A DNA stretch of 63,558 nt, the filler included, from Phoronis australis (taxonomy: Eukaryota > Animalia > Phoronida): assembly GCA_002633005.1 (NCBI GenBank). It is 9 parts of 9 records of this genome, joined end to end, with 100 filler letters (N's around TTAATTAATTAA, not from the genome) between each part and the next. Parts side by side here need not be neighbours in the genome. Positions count along the whole stretch, not along the records: positions 1 to 24,033 come from NMRA01000028.1; 8 more parts are not named here. One strand, written 5' to 3'. A model generated the notes under the pieces. That model was not told the DNA's origin. It searched no databases and was given only the letters and a program-made list of their open reading frames with translations. Within the stretch, counting starts at the first letter, position 1, and each line of letters begins with the position of its first letter. Positions 1 through 13,200 of the stretch are shown here, piece after piece. The position numbers and the translations under genes are program-made.

Positions 1-1204
1 CCCCCCCCCCCCCGAGCTCAAAATCCTGGATCCGCCCCTGTGCCCTCCTTGGGCCACAAAAAAGTAAAATGACATGGAAATAAACATGTGCATTTACTAT
101 GTTGCAGTTAATCGTGAACAAGTTCTTTAATGTGTATACGTTTGCTAGACACAGACAATACAAAATGAAAAATATCTCACATATCTGCCACTGGGTCCCT
201 CGCCATTTTTCTTTGCAATTTTTTCACTGATGAAATTTTCTTTCTGGCCTTATTCTGGATCAATATCTCTCCAAGCCTGCTGCTTACGTATGTGGCATCA
301 ATTTTCTTGTTCTCGACTATGACATTGGCTTTTTCTCTGATCAGTTATGGGAGGGAACATTTTTCCTCACAAGAAAAACTTTTAGCCCTTTTTTGCTAAT
401 GTCTGCACTGATTCTACTGCTGTTTGCCATTTTGTTCAAGGGTTCATTGATTAAGCACTTCAATAGTTTCTTTGTTGCATTAAATCCGGATCAACACAGT
501 AGGGTGGCTCGGATACCTTAAACCTAGGTTTACTAAACCTGCTTCATGGTCTAACAAAACCAGGCTTTTAGACTTTTAAACCATGTTCGTGACATGCAAG
601 TTTTTAGACCAGGTTTAGGTGGTTTTGTTGAACCAGTTTTTATGAAATAGGCTGTTAACGAAGTTGTGAATCATAAGTAACTGAATATGTTGTAAGTATG
701 GAGTGGACTAAAATTATTGTTTTGAGCTTGATTAGCTTATATAAACATTGCATGGTGACGCTCTTTATTTCCGATATCTACACCTCGAGTGGGTCTTGGA
801 GGAATTACTTGAAAATTCTTCCAAATCTCTTCACCATTTTAGGTATTAAAGGGAAACGATGGCCAAGAAGGTGTAATTATGTATTTTTGTTCCACATATT
901 GAGTAATAAACTCCACAAAAATCACAAAAACAAAAAATTATTTCACTTTCTTTGTGCACTTGGTGGATCAAACCACACATGTGACCGTCCTCTATCAAAC
1001 ATCTCATCATGCCCATCGTGTTTTCCCGCCAAGTCATTATCTCCCTCGGGAAATAACTATTTGGGTTATTACTCTGTAGTTATCTGTGGTTCAGGCTTGT
1101 GTTGAGGGATGCTGAGTGCTGATTGGTTTACTGTTGACTTGTTTCAAGAATTGTCTCCTAACTGTTGTTGCACAAAATGAACATTGATCTAACTCCTCTT
1201 CTAG

Positions 1205-4200
1205 CCCCCTGAAGACAAAGACAAGCTACGCCCACATCCCAGAAAGTCTCGCAGTCGAAGTCCTTATGATAGGTCTGTTTGTAATGTTTTCAAAATTTTC
1301 TTACCTCTTACAGTACAGAAAACTATTGAAACGTAAAATGTTGAGGATTGTTATAAATTATTGAACAATATTGTAGTCTGGGGATTTTTTCTTTGATGTG
1401 CTACCTAGAAGTTCCCTGTGTTATTCTTAATCACGAATATGTATACTTTATTGGTGCCTGGAAAAAGTTCTCTTAATGATTGCATTTGTTTTAAGGAATT
1501 GCAAAATGTTATGTCCCACTATAAGTAATTTCCCTGGCTGTTTATACAGAAAAAATTGTTTAAACTTTCTTTAGGAACAGACGTGGCCGCTATGATGACA
1601 GGTCAAGGTCAAGGTATGACGACAGGCGCCGGCGAAGGTCTAGGTCACGTAGTCGAAGCAGGTCGAGGAGTTTATCACCCAGGACAGGCCGGTCGAGAGG
1701 TCGGAGGTCAAGAACACCTGACAGAGGTGAGATCTTAAAATGGCTCTATGAGTCCTACTAAGTCAGTCTTCACGCAGAGCTTTTGTTGGAAATAACCTGT
1801 GAAATAAAGTGACAGACCGTGGTTTGCAAGGCATGTCTTTAGGCAGAGTAATTCTTCAACTAAGAAAATTTTATTGTTTGTCGTTAGCTTGGTTTGTGTT
1901 GTGTAGATGTCATGAAATACGACTAGGTAAAGCATATACTATTTTCGGCAATGAAAATTTAAAAATTGTGGCAATCATTGTTTGTGCAATAAGTTAATAA
2001 TTGTTGTAATCTTCAGTTTGGATGCTATCCAATTGATTGAATTGGTTATTGAAGTAAGGCGCAAAGAGCAGTTCATGAAACATGCAGCCTGTGCTTTGTT
2101 CTATTTATAAAAATGTAAAATATTTATATGTCGCGTACTTCCAAGGGTTATTTACTATATTGCTGTGTTCATGTTACTGTGTTCATATTACTGCGTTCAT
2201 ATTACTTATCCATAGTACCTGACACTAACGGCCATCTAGTGAATGGTGAAGTCGTGTGAACAAACTCAGTGTAGAAGTTCTAGAGATTCAGGAGCATTTG
2301 CTGATGTGAACTGTTCGATAGATGGCAGCACTGTCTGTTGTAGGCTCTGATGGTTTTTGTCACATCATATGTTAAAAGTAATTTGCCTTCATTGGCACTG
2401 AGCCAGTGGTATGTCTACATGTTAACAGTCGCAGAAGCTTTGACAGTAGTTGTGCATTGCGTTGTTTATATTACAGGTAATAAGTCTAGATCACCTGTAG
2501 ATCGCCACTCCCGTCCCAAGTCAGGCACTCCTGAATGGAGTCGCCCACCACCAAAACCTCGGTGTAGGGACTTTGATGGTGAGTACTTAGGAATTATCTA
2601 ATCAGCCTCTGTGTGTTTGGGAACTTGGTACGTACTTCAAGGTATTATAAACCAAGAACTCGTTCCAAGAAACTGACTCAAGTTCATATTTTCTTAAGTC
2701 TAAGATTTTCTCAACTTCCAAAATTTTGTAACTTCAACATCCAGCAAGTTAAGACTTAACTTGGAATAGGTCCCTGGTGTCAAAAACCAACTTTCCTCAC
2801 AGCGTATTTAGTGTTGCAAAGTGTTATAGTGTTCTGATCCTTTGTTTGAATTGAAGTTGGTTGAAAAATTATTACAACGCCTAGAATTCTCCTGGCGGTC
2901 ATGCTGGCTTGGCGACTGACAATAATCCGCTGTGACTGGCACCTAAATGATCCGTATTGAGCAGTAACAAATTTCTCAGTTCTTGTCAAGCTTAGAAATC
3001 ATTCCTAATCTGATTAAGGCACAAGATGAAAGTGATTTTGTAAAATTAAGTGGCTGAAATCAAAATTTTTTTTATTGATCGAAAACATGGATTCATTGCC
3101 CGACTAAAGTGAAGTTGGAAAGTGATTTGTGGTTATTGATTTTCAGTAACTAGAGGTGTTGGTGCATTCAGGCATTAAACAAGTACGCGCAATTTGTGAA
3201 AGCAGATTGCCCATTGTTCACCAAGATCGTGGTCGTCTTTTGACTTGCAGAGGAGCGGTTCTGCATGTTTGGTGACATTGTGGTGGTCTTTGACTTGCAT
3301 GTGCCTTTGACTTTCAGAGAAGGGGTTCTGCATGCTTGGTGATATGTGTCCGTGTGACCACGGCACTGACCCTGTGGTGGTCGAGGATGTCAATCTTCCT
3401 AGCATGATACAATTTCAACCAACTCCAGGTAAGTCTGTAGTTTGTATTGCTGGTGTATCATAAGATGTACTGTCCATACTATCCTCATAAAATGTTTGAC
3501 GTTAGGCTTAAAGATTTTCAATTTAGGACATTACATGTTGTCAAGTAAAAATTCATTCTGTCAAAATTTTCAACAAAAGTAAGTATTGAAGAGGTTTGCT
3601 CAGATTGTATCTCCCAGCTGTCACTGATCAACATGTAGTGAGAACTTGACCATGTACAACAATGTATAGAACTTTTGAGAAATGGAAAAGACCACTGCTG
3701 TGTTCCATAGATGCATGACACTCACTGGATCACGTGCTTTGCTTGTAATGCATGGCGATATGGTGTGAGGACTCGCCTCATCTCGCGTTTTTTCGAGTTT
3801 TTTCCATCTACGGAATGCCACCCAGTTTTATCTACTATTTTTTTGTTCCAAATTGAAGATTTCTTCATTACCATTATTCTTGGACTGAGGATAACAAGCT
3901 CAGTTTTCCATCTAATGAGTGAAGCCTACATCTGTACATGTGTCTTGCTCAATGCTATTCCAGGCCCGTCAATGCCCCCACGTGGGCCCCCCATGATGAG
4001 ACCCCCTCCTCCCGGCATGGAGAGACCACCGTTTAACAGTAAGTTGTTCCTTGAATGATTAAAATGACCTATGATGCCATATGAACTGTTCCATAATACT
4101 TAAATGTGGTTTGGCTTTAAAAAGGTGGTGTGCTTAAAATTGTTGCTTATCACAAGCCTCAAAACACTGCTAGAGCTGTTATCAAAACAGAAAATAAAGT

Positions 4201-7200
4201 CCTAAATGTCCTCTCGAAGCAATAACAATACTGAAGTGCACTGTTGACACTATGAAATGGTTGTTTATGAGTTGCTGTCATGTCATGTTCTAATCTGACT
4301 ATGTTTCTTGCCAGGACACCCAGGCCCTCCTCCACCAGGAATGAACAGACCTCCCCCTCCAGGTCCACGGTTAGCTCCTCCAGGTATAGGCGGGGTTCCA
4401 CCACCCCGACCCANTCCTCCAGGTATTGGCGGGATTCCACCACCCCGACCCATGGATATGAACAGGCCTCCGTCTTTCAACAGTACGTAGCAATAGCTAT
4501 GCAATTGATGTAATATTTCTACAATTCAAATGCACGGTGGCCAATCTTCATGCATAAGAATCCACGTAGTTGTTCACCCAAGTTGCGTCATTATCTCGTT
4601 ATTTCTTTCTCGTGAGCTGTGGATTTTTTGTCACTCACTGCTAGAAATGAGTTCTTCAATAAAGAATCGGGGTGCATTAGAAATGAAAAATACTAATGAG
4701 AACAGAATTATGTTTAGGAGAAAAAAAGGTTTGCAGAATCATCACTGATGTTTGTCAAGAAAATGAAGCTGATTGTTGCATTATGATTAATTAAGAACAA
4801 CTCTACATCTGATAAGTGAAGTGTGTCTATGATAACTGCCATTCTAACTTGGTGCATCACAATAATATTCAATCCTTTAGAGCATTTGTTACTAAAGACT
4901 TTATTATAATTTAAGCAGGAAATTAAAAACTACAAGTTTGTGATGGGTATTTCAGTTCTTGTTTTGCCACGCTTTCCACACTGACTCCGTGTGGTTTATT
5001 TCTGTCAAATGGTGGTACCTATTTCTACACCTTTAATTCTGTTGATTTTCGAAAATCTCGTTCACGTGCAGAGAGTCGCCCGTATCAGCCTGAGCCATAC
5101 AATCCAGAGGCGCCAGCTATAAGGCAACAAGGTCCCCCAGGAGGACCACGGTACTGGCCCAGGGTGCCAGGCAATCCTCCACCCAGGGGTCTCGGAAACC
5201 AGGCACCCAGGATGCCCGCACCACAGAGACAACGGGAGATTGTCAGTGTTCCAACCCAGCCTCAAGAAGGTATATTCACTTGAAGTGATGCATTCTCAAG
5301 GAACAGCACAGTCATGATATCGTCTAAGGGATTCAATAATCTTTATTTGAATAGTCTTCTGTTGTGTGTGTGTTCTTGGATGGACATTACAGAGTGTAAA
5401 ATCATCATAGTGTATTAAGTGATAGTTACATTATGAGAGGAACTTAACACTTGTCTTCATGCGTGTATGTATGCTTATTATGTTTTTGTGTGAAGGTAAG
5501 CACAGCATGTATCCAGACCTAGTCACTTGAGTGAAACCAAAGAGCAAAATTTGATGCTTGACTTCCTCATTACAAAACGGTGGGTGTTGTTTTCAATTTA
5601 ACATTATTTAAGGTACCGAAAATGAAAAGAATATTGTCGAAATACATGCATTGTTACAGGCTTAGTTTGCTCGTATTGTACTTTGTTGGGAGCAAAGTCT
5701 TCCTCTCTATGTACATAATTTATATGGTGTGCTTTAGTTACAATACACCTTAGTTTCCCAAAGTTGCTGAAATTTTCTCACAATTTGGACATTGAATATT
5801 ATTTTTAGCTCAGTACATATATTTTGTTACTCTAACGCAATAAATTGTTGCCTTACAGCTCCACAACCTGCAGTGGCTGACATGAGGCAAGTCATTCGTT
5901 CACGACAAGACTTTAGCCAAAATCAGGATAGCGCACCCCCAACCAAGAGGCCCCATTTTGACTACAACCGATTAGGTAAGTCAACACGATTCATAAACCT
6001 GGCAGCCCTTTTATCTTACCTTTTCACTGGTTATTGTGTTGCTTTGAAATAATTAATTTAAGTTGATTAAGTTATACCTTTTGATTAATTTTTCAAATTA
6101 TTGTTCAAGATAGATGTAAACCATCACAGGTAATATAATCTGAGAAGCTGACATGATATATACTGGTGATTGCTTGTCATTTTCCATCTCGCTGTCTTTG
6201 ACAGGAACCCAGAAGCCCAAGTTTGATCCAAATAATGCCACGTTGGAAGTGAGAAAGATACCAACACAGCTCAACACGATAGCTAAGCTGAACGAGCACT
6301 TTGAGAAGTTTGGAACTATCGTTAACCTGGAAGTGAGTTGTTGAAAGATGATTTTCTGAGTTGGCATCAGGCTCACCTATCATTTTACCAATCTGTAGGT
6401 CATTCAGTCTAGTTTGGGTACTTGAAATTGGGGGGGTTTTTTGACAAACTTTGGCAGCTCCTGCCTTCAGGTTTTACTGCAAGAAATGACATGTTTTTGT
6501 TTCTTAATTTCTCTATCAATTATCTCCTTCTATGAGATTACTCATATGTTTCATTCACTAGTTCGTCTAATGCATTCATTTCAACCTTGGTTACAGATTT
6601 GTTGCGGTGGTGACCCCGAGGGAGCTCTAGTGACATTTGCCAACAACTTCCAGGCCAAGTCGGCATACAGGAGCAGTGAACCCGTCTTCAACAACAGGTT
6701 CATCAAAGTGTTCTGGCACAACAAACTTAACACCCAGGTAATGTGATCTTCACTTGGTGGTAGCGTTCTCAGTCATCTGTNTCGTCATCATCTTTATCGT
6801 CATCTTTTTGGTTAATTTCGCCAAGTTTCGCTCCTCAGAGCGCTTTCATTTCTTTCTCGTGAGCTGTGGATTTTTTGTCACTCACTGCTAGAAATGAGTT
6901 CTTCAATAAAGAATCAGGGTGCATTAGAAATGAAAAATACTAATGAGAACAGAATTATGTTTAGGAGAGAAAAAGGTTTGCAGAATCATCACTGATGTTT
7001 GTCAAGAAAATGAAGCTGATTGTTGCATTATGATTAACTAAGAACAACTCTACATCTGATAAGTGAAGTGTGTCTATGATAACTGCCATTCTAACTTGGT
7101 GCATCACAATAATATTCAATCCTTTAGAGCATTTGTTACTAATGACTTTATTATAATTTAAGCAGGAAATTAAACTACAAGTTTGGTGATGGGTATTTTA

Positions 7201-10200
7201 GTTCTTGTTTTGCCATGCTTTCCACACTGACTCCTTGTGGTTTATTTCTGTCAAATGGTGGTACCTATTTCTACACCATTAATTCTGTTGATTTTCGAAA
7301 ATCTCGTTCACGTGCAGAGAGTCGCCCGTATCAGCCTGAGCCATACAATCCAGAGGCGCCAGCTATAAGGCAACAAGGTCCCCCAGGAGGACCACGGTAC
7401 TGGCCCAGGGTGCCAGGCAATCCTCCACCCAGGGGACTCGGAAACCAGCCACCCAGGATGCCCGCACCACAGAGACAACGGGAGATTGTCAGTGTTCCAA
7501 CCCAGCCTCAAGAAGGTATATTCACTTGAAGTGATGCATTCTCAACGAACAGCACAGTCATGATATCGTCTAAGGGATTCAATAATCTTTATTTGAATAG
7601 TCTTCTGTTGTGTGTGTGTTCTTGGATGGACATAAAAGAGTGTAAAAATCATCATAGTGTATTAAGTGATAGTTACATTATGAGAGGAAGTTAACACTTG
7701 TCTTCATGCGTGTATGTATGCTTATATGTTTTTGTGTGAAGGTAAGCACAGTATGTATCCAGACCTAGTCGTGTGCACCTGCATTGAAAACACTTGAGTG
7801 AAACCAAAGAGCAAAAATTGATGCTTGACTTCCTCATTACGAAACAGTGGGTGTTGTTTTCAATTTAACATTATTTAAGGTACCGAAAATGAAAAGAATA
7901 TTGTCGAAATACATGCATTGTTACAGGCTTAGTTTGCTCGTATTGTACTTTGTTGGGAGCAAAGTCTTCCTCTCTATGTACATAATTTATATGATGTGCT
8001 CTAGTTACAATACACCTTAGTTTCCCAAAGTTGCTGAAATTTTCTCACAATTTGGACATTGAATATTATTTTTAGCTCAGTACATGTATTTTGTTACTCT
8101 AACGCAATAAATTGTTGTTTTACAGCTCCACAACCTGCAGTCGCTGACATGAGGCAAGTCATTCGTTCACGACAAGACTTCAGCCAAAATCAGGATGGCG
8201 CACCCCCAACCAAGAGGCCCCATTTTGACTACAACCGATTAGGTAAGTCAACACAATTCATAAACCTGGCAGCCCTTTTATCTTACCTTTTCACTGGTTA
8301 TTGTGTTGCTTTGAAATAATTAATTTAAGTTGATTAGGTTATACCTTTTGATTAATTTTTCAAATTATTGTTCAAGATAGATGTAAACCATCACAGGTAA
8401 TGTAATCTGAGAAGCTGACATGATATATACTGGTGATTGCATGTCATTTTCCATCCCGCTGTCTTTGACAGGAACCCAGAAGCCCAAGTTTGATCCAAAT
8501 AATGCCACGTTGGAAGTGAGAAAGATACCAAAACAGCTCAACACGATAGCTAAGCTGAACGAGCACTTTGAGAAGTTTGGAACTATCGTTAACCTGGAAG
8601 TGAGTTGTTGAAAGACGATTTTCTGAGTTGGCATCAGGCTCACCTACCATTTTACCAATCTGTAGGTCATTCAGTCTAGTGTGGGTACTTGAAATTGTTT
8701 TTTTTTTTTTGACAAACTTTGGCAGCTCCTGCCTTCAGGTTTTACTGCAAGAAATGACATGTTTTTGTTTCTTAATTTCTCTATCAATTATCTCCTTCTA
8801 TGAGATTACTCATAAGTTTCATTCACTAGTTCATCCAATGCATTCATTTCAACCTTGGTTACAGATTTGTTGCGGTGGTGACCCCGAGGGAGCTCTAGTG
8901 ACATTTGCCAACAACTTCCAGGCCAAGTCGGCATACAAGAGCAGTGAACCCGTCTTCAACAACAGGTTCATCAAAGTGTTCTGGCACAACAAACTTAACA
9001 CCCAGGTAATGTGATCTTCACTAGGTGGCGTTCTCAGTCATCTGTACTGAGGCTGTGGTATAGCAAAATGCATTGCTGCAAAAATTTATCTCTGCCTGTG
9101 TAAGAAAATAATCCTTTAGTTAATTGGCATGCTAACACGTTATGCAAGGAATCCTTTAGTTAATTGGCATGCTAACACGTTATGCAAGGATGTGACTGTC
9201 TTTTGGATATTTTGTCTAAGAAAATAATCCTTTAGTTAATGGGCATGCTAACACGTTATGCAAGGATGTGACTGTCTTTTGGATATTTTGTCAGATTCCT
9301 GTTACAAAATGGCTGGTAGAGAACATCGATGTCTTTTCTCACAGTTCAGTGCATGTGACTCATCTAGAGACCTTGCACAACATAACAGGCCGTCTGTTCA
9401 ATGTTGTTTGTTAACTTTTATTAAACCCATGGATTTGTTCACAAACTCGCTGTTTTCCTGTGATTTCAGATGTTTGGTTATGGACCATGGCATGGTTTTA
9501 TGGAGGTCATTGTTTACGTTTCCTGTTTATTTTAGTTGTGGGCTGCATTCCGTAAATACAATGAACTCATGAAAGCTCAAGACCACATGATCACACTCGC
9601 TTTATTCGCTAGTGTCTTGTGTCTATGGAATGCAACCCTTGTTTTGTAGCACTCTCATCTGTCATGTTTCTATTAAATTCTTATTACGGTTTTGTTTTGT
9701 TTCTTATAACGGGCGATTGCATAAGCATACACTTGGCACAAGTTTGAAAAGCTATTCTTTTCAGGACCTAGATGGAGTATTTTATGAATGCTTATGGATT
9801 TGTTTCTGTGCAATACTTGAACCAGTTACTCCAGAATCATCAAGTATAAATTGTTGGCACCTGTTTTGCCTTGTATCAAAAATGTGAAACATAGGAATGT
9901 AGGTGGTTTACATGTGACTTTCTTGTCTGTTCACAGAACCAAGACACCAACTCAAGTCAACCACCTAGTGAGGCTCACAAGTCTGTGAAAGATAGGTTAG
10001 GCATTCCGGCGCCACACAAAATGTCCCTCAATAATACTCATACTAAGACAGAGGTGAGTTACATTAGAGAAGAATACTCTTTTCCTGTATCACTTACCTC
10101 TGACAGATATGCAATAGGTTTAACTCATTATTTCAGTGTTCAGTATTGTTGCAGCCACCGCTAGAGGTAATCTCCCACCTAATGCCGTATTCCTTTATTC

Positions 10201-13200
10201 AGTATTGTTGCATCCACCACTAGAGGTAATCTCCCACCTAATGCCGTATTCCTTTATTCAGTATTGTTGCAGCCACCGCTAGAGGAAATCTCCCACCTAA
10301 TGCCGTATTCCTTTATTCAGGATGTGATCATTACGCCCACTGCCAGTGGTAGCCTGTCCAAAACTGTCATAAACACGGCGGCGCTGAAGGCAACACATCA
10401 CGCTGTGAAAGCAGCGGCCCATAAAGAGGCTCTAAAGAAGAAAGAAGAGACAAAGAAAGAAGCTCTGAAGAAGAAGTTGGAGATTACGAAACAGAAACAG
10501 CTTCTGTTGCAGAAGTGTCTCCAACAACAGAAGGTGAGGGTAATGTGGTGATGGTGACATGCTCACACCACCACCATGGTGTGGTGATGGTGATGATGAG
10601 GGTAATGTGGTGATGGTGACATGCTCACACCACCACCATGGTGTGGTGATGGTGATGATGAGGGTAATGTGGTGCTGGTGACATGCCCACACCACCACCA
10701 TGTTGGTGCGGTGTGAGGGTATTGTCAAGAGTGGTGCTTCACATCACCATCGGGATGGTTCATGTGGTTAATACACTTTATTTTTTTCAACATGTGTTAG
10801 AGTTATGAATTACTTATGATGAAACCATGGACTGGAGTGAGTTCATTGATTGCTTTACTGGAAAGATTCACCATCGCTAACCTGGTTTATTCAAGTTTGA
10901 AGTTTTGGCTTGACCTATTTAGGACTGCCTGGAACATTAATAGAAGTTAATGGTATTTTCTTGTCAATTGTCCTAATAGGTCAGTTATCAATCCTGCACG
11001 GTGCATGAAACAGATTATTATAATCATGAACGGGACACATAAGAATAAAAAAGTCAGCTATCAGTGTTTTTGTTTCCAGATACTAATTGGGAAGATTGAG
11101 AAGAATAAATCAATGGGTGCTGGTGACAAAAAGGCTATCATGACTGTAAGTTACGCTTTTATTGTTAAATTTTCTGTTTTCCTCTGTTTCATCAAAAGTT
11201 TACTTATGACGTGACCACTTACTGTTATAAATATGATTTCATTGTGATAACTCACTGGTTTGTGGGCTTGTAAAATTTTCTGCTGTTATTGCTTGAAAAC
11301 CATGGTCAGCACATAAAATGAGCTGCAAGAAGCCAATTTCTGGAGCTAATTTCCTATCCCAGAAATCATCTCCCCGTTTCACTAATAGAACAATTTTAGA
11401 CCAATAATAATTCGTCTGAATGAAAAGTTGTGGCAGTAGACGGGTTTATACCCATTTTAACTGTGTGACATCTGGTTCTTTCAGAAAATTAAGTCATTAG
11501 CCAAGCAAATTGACAGCTTAAAGAAAGAGCTTACTCCTCAACCGTCGGTGCCTAAGACGCCACAAGAAGTAAGTTGGTATGGAAAGCGTGGTTAAATATA
11601 CGTCTCCTCCATTGTTGTACTTAGTGTTTAGATAATTTAGAAGTTTAGATAGATTAGAATGCATACTAGTAGTTTGATACACAATTGTGGGACTATTAAT
11701 TATGGTTTGTGTTTGAGGATACAACTTGGTAATTGAGCCTTGTCTGTGACATTGTTTCCTTAAGGACTGTGTTTATTTATAGACTGAGAAACAACTGCTA
11801 GATGTTGAGCTAGAGTTGTATAACAGGCAGACGTTGGGGGACGACACGACTGATCTCAGGAATAAAGTCATTGCTTTACGTAAACAGGTATGTTCTGTCA
11901 GGCATTTCATGTGGCAAATTTAAATAGCACTGGTCATGTGTGAGTAAATTTGGACTTAAGGAACATCAGTGAGATTGCTTAGACTGAATGCTGCACTTTT
12001 CCCGGCTTTTCTAACATGACATCGTATTCATGGGTGGCTTCGTAATATAGTGTCTCAATAACTAATATGTCTTTTTAACAGGCTGCCTCTCTAGGACTTC
12101 TTGGTAGAGGGAGGGGTCGCGGAAGAGGTCGTGGCAGGGGTCACGGCAGGGGCCGAGGGTCAATACGAGGTCACGGATTAGGCAGAGGAGTGGTGCCTGC
12201 TTCCTCAACATCTGTTGACCGTCGACCTCGTGCTCTGAATGTCAAAGGGTTTGATGTGGATGACATCGATGAACTTATTGCTCATTTTCAGGTTAGCGTT
12301 TGTTTCATATGAGCATTTTAAAACTTGTACTTTGCCATAATAAATCAAATATTTATTTCAGAATAAAAACTTCATAACATTGACGTTGACTTTAAAGAAC
12401 AAATGTTATATTTTGCTAAAGTAGATGTGAACTTGTCCTGGATTAAAAACCCGCTGGATTCACATTCATTTGTAGGATTCTAAAGAATTATCAAGTTTGG
12501 CAAACTTTTAGAATGTCATATCTCAAAAATGGCATCAGATTCATGTGAAACCTTCGCAGTCTATGCTTTATGTGCTCTTTTCCAAAACTGTGCTAGGAAT
12601 TGTTTTAAAATGTTTCACTTTTGTATGAGGATCTATCTAACATTGGACTTTTATAGAAAAAATAAAGAGTTGCATAAAGCAAAAACTAAATGATAATTTT
12701 AGAAAACTGTTACGGTATTTTGAGTTCCCATCAACATTTATGTCTAAATGGAATTTGGTCTTGTTATTGGATGCAGTTGCTTTTTAGGAATGTGAAATTT
12801 TTTTGCAAAGTTTTACCAAAAATGCATCGTCTTATGACCGATTAATTACAAATTGGTGTAAAGTTAGAAATCATACAGACTTTCTACTTTAACAAAATAT
12901 TTAATACTTTCTTCTTGAGTTAAATTTTATGGTTTTGTAGATATTTGACTAAATGCCCTGACTTGCCAATGAGGTCACACACACACATAACCTTAAAATA
13001 CCTTATGCGGAACATTTACTAATTCCCGTATTCCCTGTAAACTAAATAGTCAAAAACTGACTTTCTTTACTCAGTCGTGTGTTAAGTTCTGGTTAGTTCT
13101 GCTGGTTATTTCAAATATGTCTGTTATTGTTTATTAGGCTCTTGGAGAGTTGGAAGGTTGTGACATTGATAGAGATGCCCTGAGTGCCATTGTTACGTTC

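Noticed and set aside
698-1105. 135-aa ORF, and most other short ORFs in the track
   Set aside because: They are intronic, antisense to real exons or repeat-derived, with no recognisable domains and often non-ATG starts.
10432-10728. His/Trp-rich 98-aa ORF on the - strand
   Set aside because: It is the antisense translation of the 62-bp tandem repeat and an RBM26 exon.
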